Assembly: GCA_965202585.1 (NCBI GenBank)
Contig: OZ241832.1
Span: 42,036,001-42,100,000 of the forward strand
Length of the DNA stretch: 64,000 bases
Reading direction: 5' to 3'
Source: Thalia democratica
Lineage: Eukaryota
A model generated the notes under the pieces. The model searched no databases and was not told where the DNA came from. It saw nothing but the letters and a program-made list of their open reading frames with translations. This document shows, piece by piece, positions 25,942 through 38,600 of this stretch; position 1 is the first letter of the stretch; each line of letters begins with the position of its first letter. A program made the position numbers and the translations under genes.

Positions 25942-26683
25942 ATTATTAGTTGTAAAGCTTTTACAGTAAACATATGCTTACTTTGAAAATTACTATTTGT
26001 TTTATTGAACTATAATGTAGTTTGATACAGTAATTATAAAATTTTTATGTGATTTGTGCAACTTCTTTAGCTTATGTACTAAATTGAAAATTTCACATGA
26101 ATAAGTGATAAAACATGTTAGAATTAATAAAATATAAGCAAATGTTCATTGCTAAAAATTTTAAAAAATTCTATAGCAAAGCAACAAATTTCTAATACAA
26201 ACATAATTAGATTTATATAGTTAATTAGAAAAGTTAATAGAAGCAGTTTTATAATAAAGTTAATTTTGCTCTATCATTTTGTAGAATCAGATTTTAAGTT
26301 AGGTTTAATTCTTTTGGTTTCAATTTTATATAATATTTTACTGTTTTAATCTTTGTAATTTAAGATCTTATGAATATAGATTGGTTAAGTTGATATGCTT
26401 TGTGGTTTAATTTTGTTAACTATATTGGTTTATAGTTCATTTTAATATCTAAAAAAATGTATGTTTTATACTTATCTTGATAAAATAGTTTGATCTATAA
26501 ATTTAAATATCTTTCAAAACTTTTTTTATTGACTTTTAAACATTGAAAAAAATTATGTCCCAAAGTTTATTGTTAATTTTGATAAATTGATTTTAGTAAA
26601 TATTCTAATTAAACTCCTTTTACTTTTAATCTTAACAATCAGGTATAAATCATGTAAAAAACTTATAAATAATATTAAAAAAC

Positions 26684-29600
26684 ATGGATACTCATTCTGA
26701 GTCTTTTATTGAAGAGATTGATGCTCAAGAGATGGAGCTAAAAGATGTAAGTACAGTGCTAGGTTCAATGCTTGATTGTTAATTTCTGCTAAGTTTTTAT
26801 TGTATTAATTTTGAAAGTTTTATTTAATCAGTTTTTTGAATTGAGATTTTAAAGTTTAGATATTGTTAAGTTTAAACATATAGTTTGTTAGTTCAAAACT
26901 ATATTTGTTTCTACATTACATTTAAACATGAAGTTTATTTCAATCATTTGACTACTTAAGAGCATAGGGGAAGTAAAGAACATTTTTTGAATTTTTATCT
27001 ATTTCTCACATAGTTAACAAAGCAACTCAAATTAAAAAATTTATTTTCAAAACAATGTTTCACTTGTTTGAAACAATGTTTCAAATAAATCAAACAAGAT
27101 CCTCAGTTTAACAATAAAATATGTAAGGTTTTTTTAATATACTATCGTGCAAGAAGACGTTAGGCTAAACTTGAAATCAAACTGGCATGTATATGTAAAA
27201 AACAAACAAAATAAAACTTTTAGTTTAAAACTATCAATTTAGCAAAATCATAATATTAACAGGTGGATTCATGCTAAGGTTAGAAAAATAAAAGCTACTT
27301 AAAAATAATATTACAAGGTAAAAAACTTTAAAAAAATAGACATACTTACAATTAGTAGGCTTGTAAAACCTGTAACTAAAACACTTGAATGAATTACTAA
27401 TTTTACTGCTTAAAAAGTTCAACTACTATTTTCTGACATAATATAAAAGTTATAAAAGAAACCATAGAATACCATGAATATAAAAGTTTCGTAGTAGAAT
27501 ACCATGAATATATATGTTAAAAATACTATTCTTAAAGATATTTCTTTTTGTGATGCGCTAACACTATCAGATGTATTTAAAATAAGATTTCAGTTCAAGT
27601 CCCAAAAGCAAATTTATGACTATCACACGATTATACAAGCTCAAAAATTTGTTGATAACTTGAGAAAATGTTAAGATCATAGAAGAAGGGAGTTCACCTT
27701 ATTTTTATAAGCTAAAACTATTTTGTATAAATTGCTAGCTTATATTATTGTTTTGATTTGTTGAAGCCTAAAAAATTTTTCAGCCTGTTGGGAAAGGTTC
27801 TTTTGGTGTAGTTTACATGGCTCTTTGGCGTGGAACACATGTTGCTGTTAAAATGATTGACTCAGAATCAGAAAGGATTGCCTTCATGACAGAACTGCGA
27901 CAACTGTCCCGTGTGAGCCACCATAATATTATTCGGTTGTATGGAGCTTGCAGGCAGCCAGTCTCTCTTGTTATGGAATTTGCTGAATGTGGTTCATTAT
28001 ACAACTGTAAGTTTTGTTTTTTATGAATTTAAGATTACCAAAAAGTATTTCTTGAATAATATATAAACTTGAACTATTTAGAACATGCCACTAAGTAAAA
28101 CATAAAACATTTGTAAACAGTAAAAAAAAATTTTATATTTAGACAATTTTAATGAAAGTGTGAAAAACATTTAGAATACGGAATATTATTAATTATATTT
28201 AAACACAGTTTAAAAATGTTTATTAGGTTTTTAATCTGTATTTAACAATTTTATATTGAAAATAATTCATTAATTAACCTAATTATAGTCAGTTTTCTTA
28301 ATTTCGCGCTTGTTTTCCATTAAAAAATGAACTTGTGAAACCATAGCAATTTAGGTAAACTTAATGGCATAGGGGGGGGGGGGGGGTCCAACATTTTTTT
28401 TTACTTAAAATAATAGCTTTTATTTAACAGCGTAGTATATACTATCTATAACAGGGTTTCCCAAACTAGTTTACTTAATCACTCCCTTTTCAGAAATTTG
28501 AAAAAAAATCGCCCCCCCCCCCATGATTTTATAAAGTTTTTTTTTTCTTGTGAGTACGCACTTTTGAACCAAAAAAGTTGTATTCGAAATTTTATTTAGT
28601 CTGGAACTTCTTATGCACGCACTTTTGGGCTGTGTTCAAAGTTATTTACAGTACTTGAAAAATAGTTTACAGTTATTTTCTATTAAGTCCAGTAAAGTGT
28701 ATTAAATTACTTAATTATTAAAAAGCGTTGTGTAATCTGTAACCAATTTTGTTTAAAAATGAATTATATTGAAACTAAAGAAACGTTTAGGTTAGTTGTG
28801 GACAACTTTTGTAGTCAGCAAGTCATTTTTACTAAAAAATCCATTCTAGTGTCAACTTGTTAAAAAAATGTGCTTAGGTGGTGCATAATTTATAGAACTA
28901 ACATTTAAGAAAATTATAAAACTGATTTAATATTATTGTGATTTAGGAAGTACTACTGTGAACTTAAAACCAAATTGAAAGCATATTTCAAAATGTTAAG
29001 TATCAAAAAACTAAATTTTATTTGTTTTGCACTAGTAGTTACTTAGCTTAAACTTTTTAAACTATATGTTTTGTAGTAGAATACCATGAATTGAAATAGT
29101 ATTTGACTTGGAATAACCTTTAAAAAACTATACCTTACACCTAACAATATTTTATTTTCTTTGTTTAAATTTTAAAAGACTAAAAATAAAGGTGTTACAG
29201 TTAATATTTTGAACAGAAAGTAACCAATTAAAATAATTTTTATTAGATTTATTTTTTTTTGTAACTGTAGCAGTCTTTTCGATGGCTTATTTAATTCTGT
29301 TCAAAAATGGATTTTATTCTAGCTATCAACAGGGTTGCCACTTTACCTGGAAACCTGGAAAAACCTTGAAAAACCTGGAATTTAACAATTTAGGCTAAAA
29401 AAGACTGGAAAAACCTGGAATTTGAGAAATTTTGAAAAAAACCTGGAAAAACCTGGAATTTTGAACAAAAAACCTGGAAAAACCTGGAATTTTAAACAAT
29501 TTTAACATGTTAATTCGTAAAGTTTTGACTTGACTCTAAAAATCTATCATAAAGACAAAAAATTTTTGTCATCATCAAACTTTTTTTTATTAAAAAAAAC

Positions 29601-32600
29601 ATTTAAAATAGCTTTAGAGTATCTTTTCAATGTTTTTATACTATTTAACACAGTTTCTTACCTTGAACTTAACTTTAAACTAGATATTGACCCAAAAATT
29701 TGTACTTTTAAAAACCTGGAAGAAATTTTGAAAACCTGGAAAAAATTTGGAAAAAACAAGTGGCAACCCTGTATCAACCTATAAAAGTTTAACAGAGGAC
29801 ATAGTGAAAAATTAAAAGCTAGGGTTGAACAATAAAAATAAACAACACATTTTAAATTTCAAAATATTTTGAACTGAGACAAAACCAAAAACAGTTGTAC
29901 TAATAGTTTAAAATTCCTAAATATATAGATTTTTTAATAATAATAAATCAAGTAAGAAAATAAAACTGACGTTAAGAATCTTTTAAGTGAAACAGTGAAA
30001 GTCATTTTAAATAGAAACCTCAAACTTATAATCTTTTAAAGTCAAAAAATATTTTTGAAATAAAAATTTTAATGGTTATCAAGATTTTTTTTATTTATAC
30101 AGATTAAACAAGTAATAACAAAAAACTGTCAAATAAATACCTTTCGAACAAATATTTTTTTCACTATGTCATAAAAACTTTTAGTGTAATATAAAACGAC
30201 AAATATAAACTACAAAATTAGCCAAGTCAAAACATAACTATTAATAATTATAAAACATAAACCACTCAATAAATACAGTAGACTTCCACTTGAGTTTGCA
30301 CTTTGAACAAAATCAAAAAGTGTGAACTCAAAAATGCATTATCCCTTTTTTACGAAATGGCGAACTTCAATATGTTATAATGCAATAATGTTATGAAAAA
30401 ACGTAGAATCCACTAAATTAAAAAATAAACATTCATTAAAAAAGATAGATCTATATGAGCTTTGAAGTATAAAAAAGTTTTTGTTTTATGAATACTTAGT
30501 TAGTTATATACTTTTTTTCATTAAATTTAAGAAAATATAAATTTGCATTTTTCCTGGTGTAAAAAGTGCGAACTCAATAGGAAGTCTACCGTAACTAATA
30601 TTCATTAGGCATTGGGCAAACCTGTTGTAGAATAAATAACTTAATAAAACTGTTATTCTAAAAGAATACTCAAATACAATACAAACCAGATTAAATAAGA
30701 AATATTTTAGAAAATCAAAAAAAAAAAAAACTTACCTAAGATAACGTCTGCTACTGAAGTCTAATCTAATGTTAAGGATGAGCTCCATGACTGCTTGTAA
30801 GTTTTTCTATATCTGGTTCTAAATCAGTCAAATAAAGCCTCAAGTCACCTCCTTTACAAAAACCTAGATTAGATCTTTTGCTCAAAATGCTGATAACTGA
30901 ACTGAAATCTTTCTCAACAACAAAGCTAGAAGGATAAGCTATAAACAATAATCTAACTAGCCTCCCAAATGATTGGACACTTTTGCTTAAGTTTTTGTTG
31001 AGTCGAAAAGCTTTCATATCGTTCTTTTGTAAAATTTACTTTAAGTTCAATGTCAGTTTGCAAGTCTGAGAAAGTTTTCTGTAAGTCCTCGTTTACTTCA
31101 AAAATATCTGCTTCGGAGGAATCCATAATCCACTTTGCGACGTTTAATTGAAAAACTTCAGTAAACCGTTTATCAATATCACATTTAAGCTGTTCCAGAT
31201 AAGATGAAAATACTTCTACTTCACCTTAACTTATTTGAAGTTATAAGTTTTCTAAACTTGCAAACTGTGAAAAATAATTATTTTTGAATTTTTTCAATAA
31301 AGTTCAAGTTGGTTTCTGAAACTGGTTATCTTTTGACTTTCACAAGATTCAAGTTTTTACCTTGTAAAGTTTTTTTTTAGATTGTTGATCTTACCATATA
31401 AGTCTGACATGTAAGCAATGTCTATTTTTCTTTTAGAAAGATTATCTACCAATACTTATCAGAAAAAAATCAATAACAGAATTAAAAACATCCAAAAACT
31501 TTCTAGACAGTTTCCTTTTGATAACCATCTCACTTCTGTATGCATTATCAACTTATCAAAAACTTTGTCATTGTCATTGCACACCTATCTAAACAGACGA
31601 CTTTGTAAAGCATGTCTTTTTATTTTGTTGACAGCTTTTATCACAAAGTTTAATTAGTCCATTAAACGGACGGTCAAGTTTTTTGCAACTAAATGTTGGC
31701 GATATATAACGCAATGAATAGTAAATACGTCAGGGTTTAACTCTCTGTAATATGTGATGAATCCATGATACTTTTCTATTATAGACGGAGCACCATCTGT
31801 TGCAATTCCTATAAGATGTTTTGAAGGTATTTTATTTACTTCAAAATATTTTTCAATTTTTCAAACACAAGCCTTCCTGTGCTATACGTTTCCATTAGTT
31901 AGGAGAACGCTAGTTCTTCGTATGTTGTATCATCAACTATTAAACGCACGCAAACAAGTAAATTACAGTTATTCTCTGGCAAAGTGGACTCGTCAATCTG
32001 CATCGAAAACAAAATTATTGCACATCATTCGAACTAACTGTTGTTCAACACGTTCTGACATTTCATCTATAAGTCTTTTCACAGTGTTGTTGCTTAAAGG
32101 AATAGAGCGTAAAACATTACTGGTGTTTTTATAATGAATGAATTTTTCCAAAACTATTTTAAGACAGTAATAAACGTTGTTTCCCTAATGGTGTGAGGCA
32201 GTCCTTGTTTAGGAACTATGAGAGACAGATAATAAGAAGCTAATAGCCCACCTTTAATACTTAGTGTAGATTTCTTAAACATGTTTGTGATTTTACATTT
32301 TTTATTTTCTCATCTCGACGTTTTCTGAAAAACTCTACATTCTTATCTACAAATTCTGAATGAAATCTACATTTTACGTAAACAAAATGGACTTTTTTGT
32401 TTAAGTTTTACCTCAGGGTCAAATATTAAATGGTAAGCTAAAATTAGTAAAATAAAAAGAAGGAAAATAAAAATTTTATGACTGCCCAAAATTCTAAAAT
32501 CGCCCCCCATTCGCCCCCTTACTAGTTATCGCCCCCCTTTCGCCCCTTTACTAAAATTCGCCCCCCGACTTACTAAAATCGCCCCCAGGGGGACTATATT

Positions 32601-35600
32601 GCCCACTTTGGGAAACCCTGATCTATAAGATACTTTCTACAGAACAAAAAATTCAATTAACTTTTAAGATATAATCAGTTTTGTAAAAACAACAAGCTTA
32701 CAAAGTTTTTAAGTTGGTTCTGATAACAATTGGATCTTCTATTAGAGATTTTCAAGAATAAGATCTTGATAAAAATTCTGTAAAATTACATTGCCTGACA
32801 AAGAATATGATTCTAGTAGTGGGGTAACCCTTAGAACCATACTAGGTTTACTTTTCTCAATACTTAATTTTCCTAAAAAGTTATAGTTTAAATTTACTAT
32901 AGGAACCTTGTTAATAGCACAAGAGTTTTCTAATGTAAATATGAGTAGAAATTAAAAAGATATTCTTAATTTAAAAATATTATTCTATTTTAGTAAGTAA
33001 TAAAATCCTTAATCTGGTATAAGGGACACGTTTAGTTCAAACCTGTACACAATTCCTTCACAAATCAACTCCCACCCGCACAATTCCCACCGGAATCAAT
33101 TTAGAATGAAAAAAAAGGGACCAAGGGTAAGGGTTAGGGGTAACAGTGAAAAAAACTACATTAATAAAAGAAAAAAATAAGTTTCAGGTGGGAATTGTGA
33201 TTATACTCTGGTAAACACACACTTAAATTATAAACAATTGTTTTTAAGTTATTTATTTGTTCTTATATTTAAAATTTTTTATTTAATTTCAAAGCACAAA
33301 CTATTTGTAAATTTCAATAGAAACATATAGTAATTGAACGTAAACTTAGACTTAAAGAGTGACAGCCAAAAAAGCCTGCCCGTATTTACTACTAATGACT
33401 TATAAGAATCAATAGGTTATATTAACTTGCTAGCTAGATAGTACATTGTTGTTATACATAGTCAAAAATAACAGTTAATAACTTAGCACAGAGCATAAAT
33501 GTAAGCACTTAAACTGTCTAAACAGTGCTTCACGGGCCAGGGCTACAGCCTCATTATTCAACAGGACATGCTATGAGCTGGTGTTTGCAATGTGCTGCTG
33601 GTGTTGCTTACCTTCATGCAATGAAGCCAAAACCTATCATACATAGAGATCTAAAGCCTCCAAAGTGAGAAGTTTATATTGTCATAATACTACATGGACT
33701 ACAATGTTTATTAAGTAGATTATATCTAAAAGGTAATAAAAAGTAGCAAAATTTACAAGAATGTTTTAATTAGTTTGCTTTTGACGAATATGGGAGCTGT
33801 TTTGAAAATTTGTGATTTTGGAACTGCTTGTGATCAACACACTTATATGACGAACAATAAGGTTTGTGAGTTTACTTAGTTATTATTAAATATAAATAAA
33901 CAATTAATTCCAATCAAAGAAGTTTATCATTTATAATAAAAAAAGTTAGATAATAGACTCTTTGCAGGGGTCAGCAGCATGGATGGCGCCCGAAGTGTTT
34001 GAAGGATGTCAGTATAGTGAAAAGTGTGATGTTTTCAGTTGGGCTATAATTTTATGGGAGGTATGTGACTTGATGGTGTTTATAAAGAAGTTTAAATATG
34101 AGAGCTTTCTGTTGTTTAATTTTCTAATTTTTACTGTAAGACCAAAAAGTTGTATTAGTTTTCAAAGGATTAAAAAAATCAAGCGTAAAAAAAACATTAC
34201 ACTTTAACAAAAAGTACTGATGCAGTCGTAAGTTAAAACAACTCATACTAAAATATACGTTTTAAAACTTTATAAAAACAAAGTAAAATTAATGTAAGCA
34301 ATCAATGTTGCATACAAAGTGACTTTATTTTTGTTCTCCGTATAACGGGTCACAAATGCACGGAGTCTTATTTGCACAAGCAACTGTTCTAATTAAGAAC
34401 TGTTATTATTTACAACATTTTTTTTTTAAAACGTAGTTTTCCTACTAATAAAAAAAATTTTGCTAATTCGTTTAAAAACTGGACTTTTTGATTAAACTAA
34501 AAAGCAAAGTATCGGTTTATGTAAATGTGTCGCCCCGTGCAATAGTGACACTTCGTGTTAAAGTGACACTCGTGCATTTCTGACACCTAGCCCTTTATAA
34601 CAATTTTTGTGTACTTTTCATGAGTTTTGAATTTTAAGTCTTTAAAATATAATCCGTAATATAATTGTTTGACGTTAAAAAAATTTATATATATAAAAAA
34701 AATACTAAGAAAAATTCCAAAAAAAAGTTATTAGAATTAATATGTATAATTAATAGAATAACTTTTATTAGTAGAAGCTGTTTTCTTCAAATTCTTATTC
34801 TACTTAAATAAGCTAAATATTTTTTTTATGCATTGAAATAATCCATATTTTATACTAAAAAATATTTGAAATTACGCATACGGATAGTTTTGTAAACTGA
34901 TTTTTTTGTAGGTATTGACACGTCGTAAGCCATTTGACGAGCTTGGTGGCCCTGCTTTTCGAATTATGTGGGCTGTTCATTCAGGTACCCGTCCAAGTCT
35001 TATAAAGAATTGTCCTCAACCCATTGAACACCTAATGACTAGGTTTTTATATCTGCATTTATTATTTTCGTCATTGATCACTAACAATATGTTCTAATTT
35101 TTTGTGTTATCATTCGTATAGGATTTAAGTTAAGGCCTAGTTAATGTGCTAACTATTTTATTGTATATGGTAGGTTTTTCAAGCAATAATATTTAGTCGC
35201 ATAAATAATAACACAAGTATAACTCGTATGTTTGAAGACTTAATAATTCAGATCATCTCGATCTGCTAGTTAATAAGCATTACAGCAAATAGTAAACATT
35301 TCAAATTTTCTAAGATGAAGTCTATGTTTAAATCTTAGTTTATGTACATAAATATTACCGCTTGCCAAGAAAAAGTAAATGTAGAGTCATGTTTAAGTAA
35401 AAATATCTATAAGTATTATTTAAGAAACGCGAAAACTGTAGTTCTTAATAATTTTACAGATTAAGTTCCAAAGATTAAATGTAGAAGTTGAAGCTTTTTT
35501 TTAGTGTAGTCAATATAGTTTACATAGTTAATTAGTCCATTACGTTGTCAAGTTTGCTTACCAGATATGGTCTTTTTAAGTAGTTTGTCTTACTACATGA

Positions 35601-38600
35601 CACTTTTAATGGTACAATATACTTTCTTAGTTAAAGGCTTCTTATTAAAGTAACAAAGTTCTTGATGAGAAAACAGAAAAGATAACTTTTGCACTATAAT
35701 TTTGCTATATAACTAAGTATATTTCTAATGAAAATAATTTTTTTTAAATGTAATTTTACTTTGCATCAGTATGCACATTGCACGTTAAGTTATCCGAATT
35801 TTTTTTAATGAAAAATAACATAAGTATTTCAAAAAAACTCATTAATTACAATTTTACTTCATTTTCTGTTTATAATTTTTTAGCAAGCCATTGTGCACAT
35901 TATCAGTTTTTATAATTTTTAACTACTTATATAGAAATCTTTATAAAATAAATTTCTAAAGAAAACAATGTATTTATACTCTTACATAAGAATTTATACA
36001 TTTGAACAAACTGATTTTTTTTGTAGTTTTTATAAAACTTACAAAGTGTTAAGAAGCATAAAAAAATCCTAATAAATTAAAGCTTAGTCAAGTATAGTTG
36101 AATTTGAAAAAAAAAAAAAAATACTCTGATGGGAGCGGGTCAAATATGCACGAAGACATTTTTGCAGGAAGGGTCTAGTATGCATGAAGGGACACTTTTG
36201 CACGTAAGTAAAAAAAAATATTGAAAAAAAACAAGAAAAATTGGTAAAAAAAAAAGTAACCGACCGAGGGTAATGTTAGGGGTAATAGTGATAGTGTTAA
36301 TAAAAAAAAATAGAAAAAGAAATAACAATAAACTAAGAAAAAAGAAAAATAAAACTGACTAAGAGTAAGGGTTAGGGGTAACAGTGGTAGAAAAAAGAAA
36401 CCTTATAAAAAGTAAATAAATAAAAATAAATTATGAAAAGCCAAAAAGAAAAAAATACCCACCGAGGGTAAGGGTTAGGGGTAAAAGTGACAGTAAAAAA
36501 AAGTTAATAATTAATTAAAGTAAATGAAAAAAAAAAATTTTTTACTCGTGCAAAAGTGACCCCTCATGCAAAATTGACCCTTCGTGCAAAAGTGTCCCTT
36601 CGTGCATTTTAGACTCTTACCCACTGAGATAGCTAACATGGCACGATCATGAAACTTTTTACATATCACTTATATTACTAAATGATGGTTAGTGTTACAG
36701 CCAAAATTTTAAACGACTTTACTTAAGACTGATTAAAAGAAAACGACTGTGTTCAATTTTCAAAATATCATTAGATATGATAGTGTAAAAAGATAAAAGG
36801 ATTCTCATTAATTAAAAAAAGGTTAAATTTGTTTTGCACACATGAAAAATAAATTGGTAAAAACTATAAACAAATAAGCAGTATTAAAGCAAACCGTAAA
36901 TGATCAAATAAGTAATCACAAAATGTGAAATTTAGTTCCTGCTATAATAAATTTATTTTAATAAATATACTAATGTTAATAATTTTTTACATAGAAATTT
37001 AACCAAATCTTACGAATAGAACTTAGTAGCAATAAAAAGAAAAACAAATCATACTAGAAACTAAACTTGCTAATATAAAACTCTAACTGTTTTCAATTAA
37101 AATAAAAACTTAAAATGAACCATAAAGTAATTTAATCTTAATTATGTAAAGTTTTAGTTTGTTATTTAATGTAACTTTGTATGTTTTTTAAATAAATTGA
37201 ATCTTTGAAGGTGTTGGTCGCCAGATCCCGAGAAACGCCCGAGCATGGATGAAATTGTGGACGAGATGACGCATCTGTTGCAGTTTTTTCCAGGAGGAAC
37301 AATTCCTCTGGTCTTTCCAGCTTTTAGCGACAATGACTCTAGTCTTGCCTCTTCTGGTACCAGCTCCAGTTATGATTTAACTAACACTGACCGGTTAGTT
37401 CAAATATTTCATCAACTATATTAATAATATTGTCTTGTTGCTAAAATTTTGATAAGTTTAATTAGATTGATTACACGACAGCTCGAATTAAAAAAATTCT
37501 GATTTAGAACATTTAAATTGTTATACTTGAAATTATGAAATACATAGTTTGTCGTAATTAATAAAGAGTTCAAAACTCAAGAATAAGAGAGTAAATTACA
37601 ACAAGATAGAGAATTTAAACGCGTCAGACTAAATCAGATTTTTTTGGAAATGTTAACTTTAAAAAAAATTATCAGTTTTCGTAAGTTTAGACGCTTGAAA
37701 GTTTTAGAATTTCAAAAGAAAAATTAGAATATAGTTTTTTATTTATTTATTTATTTGTGAATTTCTTTCTTAATAAGCAATTGGTTTTTGCAGGCAATAT
37801 GTCAAGTATAAATGCATAACTTTTTTGATTTTCCAATAAAATTAGATAACCTATTTTTATGTTTTGAGTATTATAAACTATAGGAATTAAGTACCAGTGT
37901 GTTGGTCGCTTTATCAATCTTGCACGTCTGAAAGCCAAAGCGGAAGCTGAATAATATCACATTACGTGATCTCGTCTTTGCTGATAATGCTGCACTTGTA
38001 GCTGACTCTGCACAAGGTCCCAGACACTACTAAGTCAGTTTTCATCAGCATGCTCAGATTTTGGTCTTCAATTAGTCTTAATAAACTTAGTTCCAAATTA
38101 AGGGATAGCTACTCTACTATCAATCAAGATCAATGGCAAGTGTATCAAAAATGTAACTTTGTATATCTTGGATCAAATATTTTGTGAAACGCGTCATTAG
38201 ACACATAAATCACTAGTCAAATTAGTAAGTCGTCAGACACGTTTGTTCGTCTGACTGCAGCAGCTTAGGTTTGCCAAAAAATAAGCATTCGCATAATGGA
38301 TAACGTTTATTGAGTCTGTTCATGCAGTACTCTGTAATACGGTAGCGAAACGTGAACGTTTTCTAGCGTGCAGGAGAAGAAAATCAACACTTTTCACCTA
38401 CGATGTCTCTGTCGTATGCTTAGAACTGGATGGCAACAATTTATCAAAAATGAGGAAGTTTTGGTCGAATTGGTCTCATCACTACGTACTTTACCCTCGG
38501 CTTGGTCAGGTAACGGCTTCGTCATGTATCGAGGATAAGCGAAAAGCGAATCACAAAGTCTCTGCTCTATAGCAAGTTGTCGTTGGCAAACAAAACCACT

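Larger units (their letters stand above)
28452..32620 (-). mobile_element. Decayed hAT Buster/Charlie-type transposon in TAK1 intron 2
   Basis: TIRs CAGGGTTTCCCAAA / TTTGGGAAACCCTG; TSD ctctataa / atctataa (7/8). Minus-strand transposase remnants: QIDESTLP (~31971-32002), GIATDGAPS (~31780-31809) and the dimerisation region [13 protein letters not shown]...[14 protein letters not shown] (30772-31017). Confidence 0.85.

Noticed and set aside
27467-29091. GTAGTAGAATACCATGAAT motif, three copies
   Set aside because: Looks like a local micro-duplication or TE debris; no structure or positional logic found.
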